From contig RFJL01000039.1 of NCBI GenBank assembly GCA_003695435.1, positions 1-44,521 on the forward strand: 44,521 nucleotides of DNA. Reading direction: 5' to 3'. The position numbers were made by a program, and so were the translations under genes. The notes under the pieces were generated by a model. It did no database searches and was not told the origin of the DNA. It saw only the letters and a list, made by a program, of their open reading frames with translations. This DNA is from Candidatus Woesearchaeota archaeon (GTDB lineage Archaea; Nanobdellota; Nanobdellia; Woesearchaeales; UBA11576). This document shows, in pieces, positions 9,383-17,919 of this stretch (positions within the stretch are counted from its first letter, which is position 1; each line of letters opens with the position of its first letter).

Positions 9383-9407
9383 AGTTACTCTGTTCAGTTA
9401 CTCTGTT
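9383..9407. promoter_or_regulatory. 12-bp direct repeat AGTTACTCTGTT x2 beside a TATA box
   Basis: Copies at 9383-9394 and 9396-9407, adjacent to TATATA at about 9375 in a divergent intergenic region. Confidence 0.5.
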
Positions 9408-9495
9408 TTGCTCATTTCTTATTGTGCTTGTAACTCACCTGCTTAAGAAGTTTCTGCGTTACAATTAAATAATTGAGATTGCTTGCACAGTAAAC

Positions 9496-10422
9496 ATGAA
9501 GCAAGCACCTATGAAAGACCTCATTAAAACTGCGAGAAAAGTAGTTGAAATCTGTCTTGAAATTAAACCCTGCGAGCGCGTAGTACTCGTCAAGGATCAT
9601 GATTCCCGCATCATCAACGCGTTCGAACAAGTTCTTGACCAGTATGAACTTGTTGAGATTTCTCCTCATCGCTCAAACTCTTCGCCAATTCCCGAAGCAA
9701 CAGAAGCGTTTTCCCGTTGCGACGTCATTATAGCACCAACAAAATACTCTATTAGCCACTGTGCAGAAACTACTGCGGCAAGAAAACAAGGTGCGCGCGT
9801 AGCAACGCTTCCAGGAATCACCGAAGAAATTTTTCTTAAGATTCTTGAGTGTGATATACAAGAAATTGAAATAGTAAACAGGAAAGTTTATGAGTGTGTG
9901 AAAAATGCTCGTACGATACGCATCACATCACCAGCAGGAACTGACATTCTGCTTGAACTTGACCCTCGACGTGAATGGATACTCTCAGGAATGAAATGCA
10001 CATCTCCAGGGGATATTGTCAATCTTCCTGATGGAGAGATCTTCTGCGCACCACTTGAAACAAGCGCAAAAGGCATCATCATAATTGATCGCTGGGGAAA
10101 AATCACCACGCAAGACCGCGCACAAATAACAGTTGACAACGGACGCATCACCTCCTGGAATGCTGCAGCAAAACCCTATGTTGATCGACTGATAACAGGA
10201 GGGGAACGCGGATTAATCATAGCCGAGTTAGGCATCGGCACAAATAAACAACACACTCTTCCAATAGGAAACATTCTTTACGACGAGAAAATCTACCACT
10301 CTTGTCACATCGCTTTCGGAGAGAACACCTCTTTTGGAGGTGTAAACAAAGCAGGAGTCCATGAAGATATGATCATCATGCACCCTGTCATTCTCGCTGA
10401 CGGGAAAAGAGTGGAGTATTAA
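9496..10422 (+). CDS. Aminopeptidase, thermophilic metalloprotease (M29/aminopeptidase T-like)
   Basis: NLPDGEIF, IAELGIGTN, DEK...HIAFGEN...GG and H.D motifs. Confidence 0.88.
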   Translation: MKQAPMKDLIKTARKVVEICLEIKPCERVVLVKDHDSRIINAFEQVLDQYELVEISPHRSNSSPIPEATEAFSRCDVIIAPTKYSISHCAETTAARKQGARVATLPGITEEIFLKILECDIQEIEIVNRKVYECVKNARTIRITSPAGTDILLELDPRREWILSGMKCTSPGDIVNLPDGEIFCAPLETSAKGIIIIDRWGKITTQDRAQITVDNGRITSWNAAAKPYVDRLITGGERGLIIAELGIGTNKQHTLPIGNILYDEKIYHSCHIAFGENTSFGGVNKAGVHEDMIIMHPVILADGKRVEY

Positions 10423-10595
10423 CGGTGTTAAACACTGGTCGATATCGAGTGGTAGGTATGAGCGCCACCACCAAGCGTAGCAAGACACACAGAAGATATT
10501 GTTAAATTTATGTAGAGCTGTACAACAAGTTCACGTGTGCTGTCTTCTGAAAGTGACAAGTATAATTTATATTTCCCCTTACGGACATTGGATAC

Positions 10596-11111
10596 ATGGT
10601 AGAGTACTTAGGCATTGATGAGTCTCATATTTCCGAACATGTTCACGTCTATGTAGGGGTTCCTAGCAATGAAGAGGTATCTTGTAGGAAAAAACAACTT
10701 GGAAAAACAAGAGGGTCTCTTCAGTACTCTCGTTTATGCAATCTTGACTTTCGCTTTGTAGTGGTGCGAGATTGGCATCTTCATCACGTTCCCTTTCACG
10801 TTGCACAATCTGCAGCGCATGCAACACTCATACAGTTCTTCAACCCGACCAGCGTATTCATCGATGGAAAACGCATAGAAAAACATGCACGCGCACTTGA
10901 AGAAAGACTTCACAAAGAATCAGAAATAGATATACACTACATTCGAAAAGGAGATAAAAAAATTCCTCTTATCAATCAAGCAGATCACCTCGCGTACTTA
11001 CTTAGGCGTCACTTCGAGATTTATGGATACTTTGCGCGATGGGCGCAAGGAAAAGAATTACTGCCGCTTCCCTTTGAGTATTCTAATCTGTTTGTAGCAT
11101 CCAATCAGTAA
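10596..11111 (+). CDS. RNase H-fold protein (RNase HII/DUF3800-like)
   Basis: YLGIDES, VFIDG and KGDKKIPLINQADHLA acidic-site pattern. Confidence 0.6.
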   Translation: MVEYLGIDESHISEHVHVYVGVPSNEEVSCRKKQLGKTRGSLQYSRLCNLDFRFVVVRDWHLHHVPFHVAQSAAHATLIQFFNPTSVFIDGKRIEKHARALEERLHKESEIDIHYIRKGDKKIPLINQADHLAYLLRRHFEIYGYFARWAQGKELLPLPFEYSNLFVASNQ

Positions 11112-11829
11112 ACCAATGTGTTGTTGCAAGAACTAATCGCTTCTCATACTCTCCAGAGAACATATGGTCCGCACCACCTATCGCAAGAAACTCCTTGGGT
11201 TCTTTTGCATGCAAGAACACGCCATGCGTGTTGGAAAGTGTGATTAATTCATCTTTGGCTGCGTGAATAACAAGGACAGGACAAGATACCTCTTCAATTA
11301 TTTTTGTTGCATCATAGTTTCCAAGATCTTGATAAAATGAAAAATGAATCTTAATTGGTCCCTTGATTGAAGGAAACTCCACATAGCCCTTCTCCTCCCA
11401 CTCCTTTTTTCGTTGATTAAAAAGAGTATCCCATGCAAGTTTTGCAGGAGCTGCTGCAACAACAAGAGCGTCAACTTTTGTTTTACAAGTAGCTGCAATG
11501 GCAGTAAGCCCACCGAGAGAATGGCCAAAAAGACCGATGTTTTTCACTCCTTGCGTCTTAAGAAAATCGATTGCTGAGAGTACGTCTTCAACTTGATGCG
11601 TAACAGACATATCTTCGCAAGTACCTTGAGACGAACCAATACAATCAGCGTAATCAAAGCGCAATACATGAAACCCTGCTTTAACGAGACTCTTTGCTAA
11701 TCTATAATAGTGCTTATATTCTTTAAAACCGGTAAAGTGGGGACAAAGAACAATGCCAACTTCGCCAGTTCCTTCAACAACTCCACTTAAAAGATCCCCT
11801 CTTTTGTTGGGAAATGTTACGTTCATCAC
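11083..11829 (-). CDS. Alpha/beta hydrolase
   Basis: GHSLGG nucleophile elbow, PVLVIHAAKDELI, GADHMF. Confidence 0.9.
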   Translation of the reverse strand: MMNVTFPNKRGDLLSGVVEGTGEVGIVLCPHFTGFKEYKHYYRLAKSLVKAGFHVLRFDYADCIGSSQGTCEDMSVTHQVEDVLSAIDFLKTQGVKNIGLFGHSLGGLTAIAATCKTKVDALVVAAAPAKLAWDTLFNQRKKEWEEKGYVEFPSIKGPIKIHFSFYQDLGNYDATKIIEEVSCPVLVIHAAKDELITLSNTHGVFLHAKEPKEFLAIGGADHMFSGEYEKRLVLATTHWFTDWMLQTD

Positions 11830-11968
11830 TGCTGTTGTTCGTAGCGTTGCATTTAAGTGTTGTGTTTGAAGAGTTCAAAGTCACTTTTCAACAATCACTT
11901 TTTGTATAGTTAATTCGTACACAGGTTTTATAGTCTGATCTTATGCATTGCTGTAAAGAGGTGATAGT

Positions 11969-12313
11969 ATGAAAAACATAATGATAGTCATGACACTGCT
12001 TATGCTTATCTCTCTTGTCTTTGCAGTACAAGGAGTATATATGCATCAGCAAGTCACGAGCAAAGAAGCACAGTTCCATGCTGAGCAAAACGAATACTTT
12101 GCCGAACACACCAAAGCGGAACGAGACTCCGCAGCTGCAGGAAGCGAACTTGCACTTCAGCAAGCAAGAATTGCTAACACTCCGTCTGAGCTGTTACGTC
12201 TTAAGCTTGTGGGTATTGGTAAAATTCTTACAGGAATCTACGTCTTGCTTTTTGCAATCCTCGTAGCCCTTGTCATGATGCCAAAGCGTCTTGCAAAAGT
12301 TCTACACAAGTAA
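11969..12313 (+). CDS. Small two-TM membrane protein
   Basis: GAGGTGA ribosome-binding site; hydrophobic N- and C-terminal helices around a helical loop. Confidence 0.8.
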   Translation: MKNIMIVMTLLMLISLVFAVQGVYMHQQVTSKEAQFHAEQNEYFAEHTKAERDSAAAGSELALQQARIANTPSELLRLKLVGIGKILTGIYVLLFAILVALVMMPKRLAKVLHK

Positions 12314-12330
12314 GGAGAAAAGTAAGACAC

Positions 12331-12357
12331 AGGAGGAATTTCCCTCCTTAATTTTTT
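12331..12357 (+). terminator. Hairpin + T-tract after the small membrane protein gene
   Basis: AGGAGG-aatttc-CCTCCT followed by TAATTTTTT. Confidence 0.5.
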
Positions 12358-12382
12358 AAATGCTTCTTTGTTTTTTCAAAAT

Positions 12383-12784
12383 ATGGATACTAAATTTATC
12401 GGAAAAATCATTCGTGTTGATGACCATTCACTCATGCCCTATCACTTATGGGCGTTTAGCACTATCTTTGGTGTTGAAAACCCCCTTCTTGAAGGTGAAA
12501 GCGTATCAAAAGCACAAAGACGCTTACAACTCAACATTGCGTTCTGGTATGAAACCGAAGGGGAGAGCAAAGGCATTGAGGGTCTTGCACAAAAACTCTA
12601 TGGTTTTTTAGAGGGGATGGAAAACAAACCCGATCTTTCAAGAAAATCCATTCTTAAAAAAGACCTCATACGAGAAGTTCTTCTCAAGAATCCGCAGTAT
12701 GAACAACATATGAAGTGGTATAGGGAGGGGTATGATGCTGCACGAGAAGCACATCTTCGTATCACCCCCGAGTTTCCTCTTTAA
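12383..12784 (+). CDS. Hypothetical protein
   Basis: ORF with ATG about 22 nt after TTTTAAAT; weak similarity to 15247..15672. Confidence 0.65.
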   Translation: MDTKFIGKIIRVDDHSLMPYHLWAFSTIFGVENPLLEGESVSKAQRRLQLNIAFWYETEGESKGIEGLAQKLYGFLEGMENKPDLSRKSILKKDLIREVLLKNPQYEQHMKWYREGYDAAREAHLRITPEFPL

Positions 12785-12840
12785 GTATTCTTTTGGTGCT
12801 CTTTTCACTCTTTCACACGTATCATTTTAAGAGAGTAGAA

Positions 12841-13476
12841 CTAACAACGCTGTTTGAGATACCCTCGCAAGAGCATGGTGCCCATTTGGGAAACCTTTAC
12901 AAACATGCGATTCTGCTCTTCTTTTACATCCACAAGCCGATATTCCTTAAGTCCTTTATACTTTAGATTTCCATTAATGTGATAGGAGAGCAGGGAGAGT
13001 GACATGTTAAGCTTCTTTGCAAGATCGTTGAGCTGTACGTATCCTTCACCTATTGCTTCAAGAATGTCAAGTTTGGTCTGTGAGAGTTCGTGATAGTAAG
13101 AAAGCTTCATGATAGGGAGAAGCATTGCTTGGCCGTCTTCTACTCCAATCGCTTTAAGACCGTTTGCGTATGCTGCTGAGAGTGTTGCACAGGTGCTCAT
13201 ACGATCTCCTGTCGCAACATTGACGATAAGATCATCAAAATCATATTGTGTGATGATCTGGGAGAAAACACGAAACATCTCAGGCATGATTTGATCAGCG
13301 ATCTCAATGATACGTGAGGGTATGGTAAACGTCTCAAGTTTTTTAACAAGTTTTTTTGCATCCTTGCATTTTTTCTTTGTGGTGATCAGAATGACTTCTC
13401 TTGTGGGAAATTCCTTCATTCCCACAAAGAGTGCTTTAAGATTATCTCCTACTGGTGCAATAATGGTGTAGCTCAT
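12841..13476 (-). CDS. CARF/Csa3-like (DUF6293-type) Rossmann domain + winged-helix transcriptional regulator
   Basis: N-terminal IIAPVG strand, IVNVATGDR.. helix motif, C-terminal ArsR-like HTH (LNDLAKKLNMSLSLLSYHI). Confidence 0.75.
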   Translation of the reverse strand: MSYTIIAPVGDNLKALFVGMKEFPTREVILITTKKKCKDAKKLVKKLETFTIPSRIIEIADQIMPEMFRVFSQIITQYDFDDLIVNVATGDRMSTCATLSAAYANGLKAIGVEDGQAMLLPIMKLSYYHELSQTKLDILEAIGEGYVQLNDLAKKLNMSLSLLSYHINGNLKYKGLKEYRLVDVKEEQNRMFVKVSQMGTMLLRGYLKQRC

Positions 13477-13599
13477 GATGTTGTAGTTCTCCTCTACGAC
13501 ACTTAAATTATTCTTTTATTACTTAAAACTTTGTTTTAAGTGTTTGAGGAAGCTCCTAAAAGAGACGTTGCTTCATGGAGATCAACAAGAGGTGATAGT

Positions 13600-13734
13600 A
13601 TGATACAAGACATTATTTGCTCAAAAGGGCGTTGCAAAGACAAAACACAGAAAACCTGTGAAGAGTTGTTCAGCAACCCTGTGGATATCATTGAGTGTGA
13701 ACTCCTAAGAGTTCAGCTCGGAGAAGAACTATGA
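13600..13734 (+). CDS. Small Cys-containing protein (44 aa)
   Basis: GAGGTGA ribosome-binding site before ATG 13600; ATGA overlap with the DoxX gene; 4 Cys. Confidence 0.65.
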   Translation: MIQDIICSKGRCKDKTQKTCEELFSNPVDIIECELLRVQLGEEL

Positions 13735-14111
13735 ACAAAAATTATGCACCAACATTGCAAAGAGCAGCACTTGCGCTCATATTTCTTGTTGCAGGCATCG
13801 GCAAGTTGATGCACCCTTCAATGATCATCGATATGCTAGCAGGAATGGGATTCCCCCTTGCAGCATTCTTCGGATGGTTGGTCATAGCAATAGAAGTTCT
13901 TGGAGGACTTTCTTTGCTTCTTGGCTGGAAAGTAGAATACAGTGTATGGCCAATGGCAGCAGTACTCTTCGTTGCACTCGTCACGGTGCATCTAGGAAAA
14001 CTTGCAGACCCTATGGGCCAGATCATCGCGGGATTCCATGTCCTTGGTATTACTTCACTCATCAGTCTCTACCTTTCAGGTCCTGGTGAGATGAGTGTAT
14101 CCAGGGGTTGA
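13731..14111 (+). CDS. DoxX family membrane protein
   Basis: RAALALIFLVAGIGKL...IEVLGGLSLLLG...GPG.MSV; 4 TMs. Confidence 0.9.
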   Translation: MNKNYAPTLQRAALALIFLVAGIGKLMHPSMIIDMLAGMGFPLAAFFGWLVIAIEVLGGLSLLLGWKVEYSVWPMAAVLFVALVTVHLGKLADPMGQIIAGFHVLGITSLISLYLSGPGEMSVSRG

Positions 14112-14278
14112 TAGGGGAGTTGATTCGCTAACTGAGAGGAGAATGGATCTGCTTTTCAGAAAAGGTTGTTGAATTTTTTTTGTATGTTTTTTTATGTTGC
14201 CTTTTTGATCGCAGGAATTCTTATCTTTTCCGATGTCTCGCGGTAACTTTTTAAAGTCTTTTTTGTGGCTAGTGTATC

Positions 14279-14683
14279 ATGACTGATAAGTATTCGGAGT
14301 CTTTGGATAACATTCTTGAGTTTCCTCAAAAAAATCGTAATCTTGAGATCATAAGCTCCACTTGTAAGAGTGTTTTTTCTTATGGTCTGCCCTTCACATT
14401 GGGTGTTGGAGGACTTTTCTATTTTTCAAAAGTGCTTTTTGATGGCGATGCTGATTTATTTGGTTATAGTGGTGTTGCGTTGGGGATGAGTGTTTCTGGT
14501 TTTCTTACGGGATACGTTTTGCGTGATTTGTTCAAACGGTTATCTCGACGAGGTGGTGGGTATGACGATCCTGATCCTGACGATCCTGAAAGGGATGATA
14601 TTCCCGAACGTCCTTTGAACGTTATTGAGTTGGATGCTGTGAGAGATAGGTTTTACAGAAATTCTGTTGCGAATTATGATTAG
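14279..14683 (+). CDS. Hypothetical two-TM protein with acidic Pro-rich tail
   Basis: Two hydrophobic segments, then RRGGGYDDPDPDDPE; TTTTTAAAG upstream. Confidence 0.65.
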   Translation: MTDKYSESLDNILEFPQKNRNLEIISSTCKSVFSYGLPFTLGVGGLFYFSKVLFDGDADLFGYSGVALGMSVSGFLTGYVLRDLFKRLSRRGGGYDDPDPDDPERDDIPERPLNVIELDAVRDRFYRNSVANYD

Positions 14684-14776
14684 TCCTTTGTTTGTTGTTA
14701 GTTGGTGGGGGTGTTTTACGAAGTTGCAAAGTGTTTAGAATTCCGTTTAGACTTTTTTTGGAGGGTGTGAGACGAA

Positions 14777-15172
14777 TTATACACAGCTACAAGGCTTAAA
14801 GCCTTTGTTAAGAGCGGTGTTTTTCGTTTTGAAAACAATTCTACTTTTTGGTTTGATGTTTTTTGCAAAGGGGCAGTGTTTGTCGTGAAATTTTTTCCCG
14901 GTTTTTGATGCCCAGTAGGTTTTCTTGGATGATTTTGATGGTGTTTTGACTTTTTTTTCAACAATTTTAGTAACGGCCTTTGCAGATTTTGATTTTTTCT
15001 CAAGTGCGTTGATTTTTGCATTGAGTTGTTCTTGATTTTTGCGTAGTTCGTCAATGATTTCAAGAAGTTTTTCTTGTGTTTGAGAGAGTGCGAGAATCTC
15101 TTGGTGTGTACGCATAATGTCTTTTTTCACCATGTGAAAAGAACGTCTGATGTTTTTTTCAAACTGCTTCAT
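14777..15172 (-). CDS. Coiled-coil protein with C-terminal Ada-type metal-binding-like domain
   Basis: YWASKTGKKFHDKHCPFAKNI...A..KGFKPCSC. Confidence 0.75.
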   Translation of the reverse strand: MKQFEKNIRRSFHMVKKDIMRTHQEILALSQTQEKLLEIIDELRKNQEQLNAKINALEKKSKSAKAVTKIVEKKVKTPSKSSKKTYWASKTGKKFHDKHCPFAKNIKPKSRIVFKTKNTALNKGFKPCSCV

Positions 15173-15246
15173 AATGTTACTGTACAGTAGTAAATATTTA
15201 TAAATCTTTCGTAGGCTATTTATAAAAGATCTCCTTTTTTTAGCTC

Positions 15247-15672
15247 ATGTTCATCTATGATGTGGCTCTCTACGTCCCGGAACAAGGAAAACACCACATA
15301 GAATTCAGACACAGTACAGACACCTATCTTTACTGCACATTTTCCCAACAAGATCCTTCTTTTTTTTGCTTGCTTGATCCGCGTCTACGCGTAGATGATC
15401 TCCCCCCACTTCTTCGTAGCATGGAAGAAGGAACCTTTTTTCGCGGAGAGAATCTGGTGCGATTCCTCTTACAACAAAACCCCTTGGAAGAGAGGTGGAA
15501 AACAAACATAGAAGAAGGCCTTCGTATAGGACACGACGTACAAGCATATTTTGAAGTGTGGCAAGAAGAACAAAAAGAATGTTTGGAACAACACGGCTAC
15601 GTTCAAACAAGAGAAAATGATCTACGAATCTTTGACATCATATCCAAGACATTACAAAGAAGACGTTTTTAG
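15247..15672 (+). CDS. Hypothetical protein
   Basis: 141-aa ORF about 20 nt after TTTATAAAA. Confidence 0.7.
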   Translation: MFIYDVALYVPEQGKHHIEFRHSTDTYLYCTFSQQDPSFFCLLDPRLRVDDLPPLLRSMEEGTFFRGENLVRFLLQQNPLEERWKTNIEEGLRIGHDVQAYFEVWQEEQKECLEQHGYVQTRENDLRIFDIISKTLQRRRF

Positions 15673-15750
15673 GGCGTTCGTGGAGAAGGTCAAACATATA
15701 CTTGGGCAAAATCACAACTGGTGCGGGTAAATAAAGTGAAAAGAATTAAT

Positions 15751-15768
15751 GGCGTGTGCTTTCACGCC
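15751..15768 (-). terminator. Hairpin downstream of the DEAD-box helicase gene
   Basis: GGCGTG-6nt-CACGCC followed by a T-rich tract on the minus strand. Confidence 0.45.
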
Positions 15769-15805
15769 TCAAAGAGTTGTTAAGAGACTCTGTTTTCTTC
15801 CGGCT

Positions 15806-17140
15806 TTATGCTCTTTCTCGCCAGCTATCAGAGCCTATCTTAAACGCAGTTGGTTTTGGTGATCTTCGCGGACGATCTCCTGTTTTTGTTCTTTGAGAGA
15901 ATTCTCCTCGCCTACTGCCAAATCCTGAATGAGACCTTCCTCGCTCATGTCTGCTTGAGCCTCCTCTGAAATTTCTCGAACTGCCTCCTCTGTTATCTCG
16001 CCTTACGTGGAAGGGGATGCGAGGGAATTCTTGAGGTTCCATTTTTTGAATCTTCAAATGAGGGTATCTTCGCTTAATTGCCGCGAAGTGCTCATGATCT
16101 CGTGGTGCAAGAAGGGAGTAAGCAGAACCTTTTGTTCCTGCTCTTGCAGTACGTCCGATCCTATGCACATATTCTTGCGGATCGCGCGGAAGATCGTAGT
16201 TAATGACGTGAGTTACGCCATCAATATGAAGTCCTCTTGCAGCAACAGTTGATGCTACGAGGAGTTGGATTTTTCCAGCATTAAACTTATCAATAATGTT
16301 CTGACGCCTGTTTTGCGAGAGTTTCCCGTGGATGTGTTCACATCGCAGATGCTGTTTCTTGAGATTTTCTGCAACGAGGTCAACCGTGTTTCTTGTTGAA
16401 CAAAAGATGATGGTTCCGTCACGTTCGTCTTCAAATTTTTTGAGAAGGTGCATGAGCATGCTAAATTTATCTTTTGCACCTACATCTACGTAGAACTGTT
16501 CAAGATACTCTTCTTTAACGTGAGATTCTGATTTCACAGTAACGGGGGAGTTCATGAATTCTCGTTCAATGCCTTTAACTTCATCAGAGATGGTAGCTCC
16601 ATACAAAAGGATTTGTCGCGTTTCATTAGTGTGACTAAGAATTCTGCGAACGTCCTCGATAAAGCCCATCTCAACCATTTTATCTGCTTCGTCAAGAACA
16701 AAGAGTTTGATTTTTGAGAGGTCGAGTGTTCTTCTTTCAAGGTGATCAAGAACCCGTCCAGGTGTTCCTACAACAATTTGTGATTTTGCAATTCTTTCTA
16801 TTTGGGGGTTGATTGCAACTCCGCCATAGACTGTTGCTACTTTGATTTTTCTTGCACTAAATTTCTCAAATTCTCTTGAGATTTGCACTGCAAGTTCGCG
16901 AGTTGGTGCAAGAACGAGTGCTTGGATTCCTCCGAAAGGGTCAACCAGCTGTACTGTTGGAACGCCAAAACTTGCGGTTTTTCCAGATCCTGTTTTTGAT
17001 ATTCCAATAACGTCTTTTCCTTCTAGGGCAAGAGGGATGGTCTTTGCTTGAATGTCTGTTGGTTCGGTAATTCCTTTTTTCTTCAATGCTTGTACAATTT
17101 CTTGTTGTACTCCTAATTCTTCAAAATTTTTTGTGTTCAT
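15806..17140 (-). CDS. DEAD-box ATP-dependent RNA helicase (CshA/DeaD-like)
   Basis: Q motif PTDIQ, KTGSGKT, PTRELA, TPGR, DEAD, HRIGRTARAG, RG-rich tail. Start MNTKNF follows an AAGGAG ribosome-binding site. Confidence 0.95.
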   Translation of the reverse strand: MNTKNFEELGVQQEIVQALKKKGITEPTDIQAKTIPLALEGKDVIGISKTGSGKTASFGVPTVQLVDPFGGIQALVLAPTRELAVQISREFEKFSARKIKVATVYGGVAINPQIERIAKSQIVVGTPGRVLDHLERRTLDLSKIKLFVLDEADKMVEMGFIEDVRRILSHTNETRQILLYGATISDEVKGIEREFMNSPVTVKSESHVKEEYLEQFYVDVGAKDKFSMLMHLLKKFEDERDGTIIFCSTRNTVDLVAENLKKQHLRCEHIHGKLSQNRRQNIIDKFNAGKIQLLVASTVAARGLHIDGVTHVINYDLPRDPQEYVHRIGRTARAGTKGSAYSLLAPRDHEHFAAIKRRYPHLKIQKMEPQEFPRIPFHVRRDNRGGSSRNFRGGSSRHERGRSHSGFGSRRGEFSQRTKTGDRPRRSPKPTAFKIGSDSWRERA

Positions 17141-17290
17141 TGTTTGTACTCCTTGGAAAACGCTGTTTGATACTGTTCGGAGTTGTGGTAAACGTGGTGT
17201 CTCACTTTGTTTGACAAAGTGTCGAACAGGTAGTTGAGACAGAAAGAGTAATTTTCGGGAATGCACCCGCCTGTCTCGGCCTTCCAATTA
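17141..17290 (-). promoter_or_regulatory. Structured 5' leader of the DEAD-box helicase gene
   Basis: Two nested stem-loops (17236-17277 and 17173-17229) between a TTTAAAAA box at about 17317-17324 and the ribosome-binding site. Confidence 0.55.
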
Positions 17291-17409
17291 TGTTGTGCTG
17301 TACGTCTTGCGTTGCCTTTTTAAATGTTTTGTTTTCTCGCAGTTTTTTAGTCTCTTTAAAGTAGTGAATTTAGAAAGCTTTATAAATATCTGTTCAGCCC
17401 GTCCCTTTC

Positions 17410-17799
17410 ATGTTTGAAAACTACATATCCTCAACACTTGCACACCATCCCTCCATAGATGAAGTTCCCCCCACTCGATGGGAGTCAGCCAGTTTTGCCA
17501 TAAAACTGCTCAATAACATTGCGAAATTAGTTGAAGCGGGTAATGCAGATGCTGCATGCTCTTACTCAACACTACTCTCTCGTTTTCTCGACTCCAAATA
17601 TTCCGATCTTGACGCAGTAAGCAGATCATACGTACAAGACTGCCAAGAAAGTCTGATTGTAGCAGCACAAGGAGTTTATCTGAACGATCCTCAACACTTT
17701 CATCTCGGTTATGATGATGCCAAAACCAGTCTTACCATTTTAAACGAAGTTCTTGAAAGAAGACTCTTTGATCAATACTCAGGAAAAACATCCCACTAA
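17410..17799 (+). CDS. Hypothetical helical protein
   Basis: 129-aa ORF about 23 nt after TTTATAAATA. Confidence 0.7.
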   Translation: MFENYISSTLAHHPSIDEVPPTRWESASFAIKLLNNIAKLVEAGNADAACSYSTLLSRFLDSKYSDLDAVSRSYVQDCQESLIVAAQGVYLNDPQHFHLGYDDAKTSLTILNEVLERRLFDQYSGKTSH

Positions 17800-17919
17800 C
17801 ACAACTCAATAGGCGTCACAACAGAACATCCCCTTCTCGCGTGAAATCGGTGTTCCCATAAGATCATTTAAGAGATCACCTATCAACGATGTTATTTATT
17901 TAGTTGCGTTTAGTCGCTT

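Noticed and set aside
14113..14170. AGGGGAGTT...AACTGAGAGG resembles the 5' half of a TPP riboswitch
   Set aside because: The 3' half (ACCC...GAACCTGAT...AATGCC.GCG.AGGGA) is absent and no thiamine gene follows.
17141..17287. N-terminal extension of the DEAD helicase
   Set aside because: The helicase Q motif begins right after ATG 17140, which has its own ribosome-binding site; the extension is better read as UTR.
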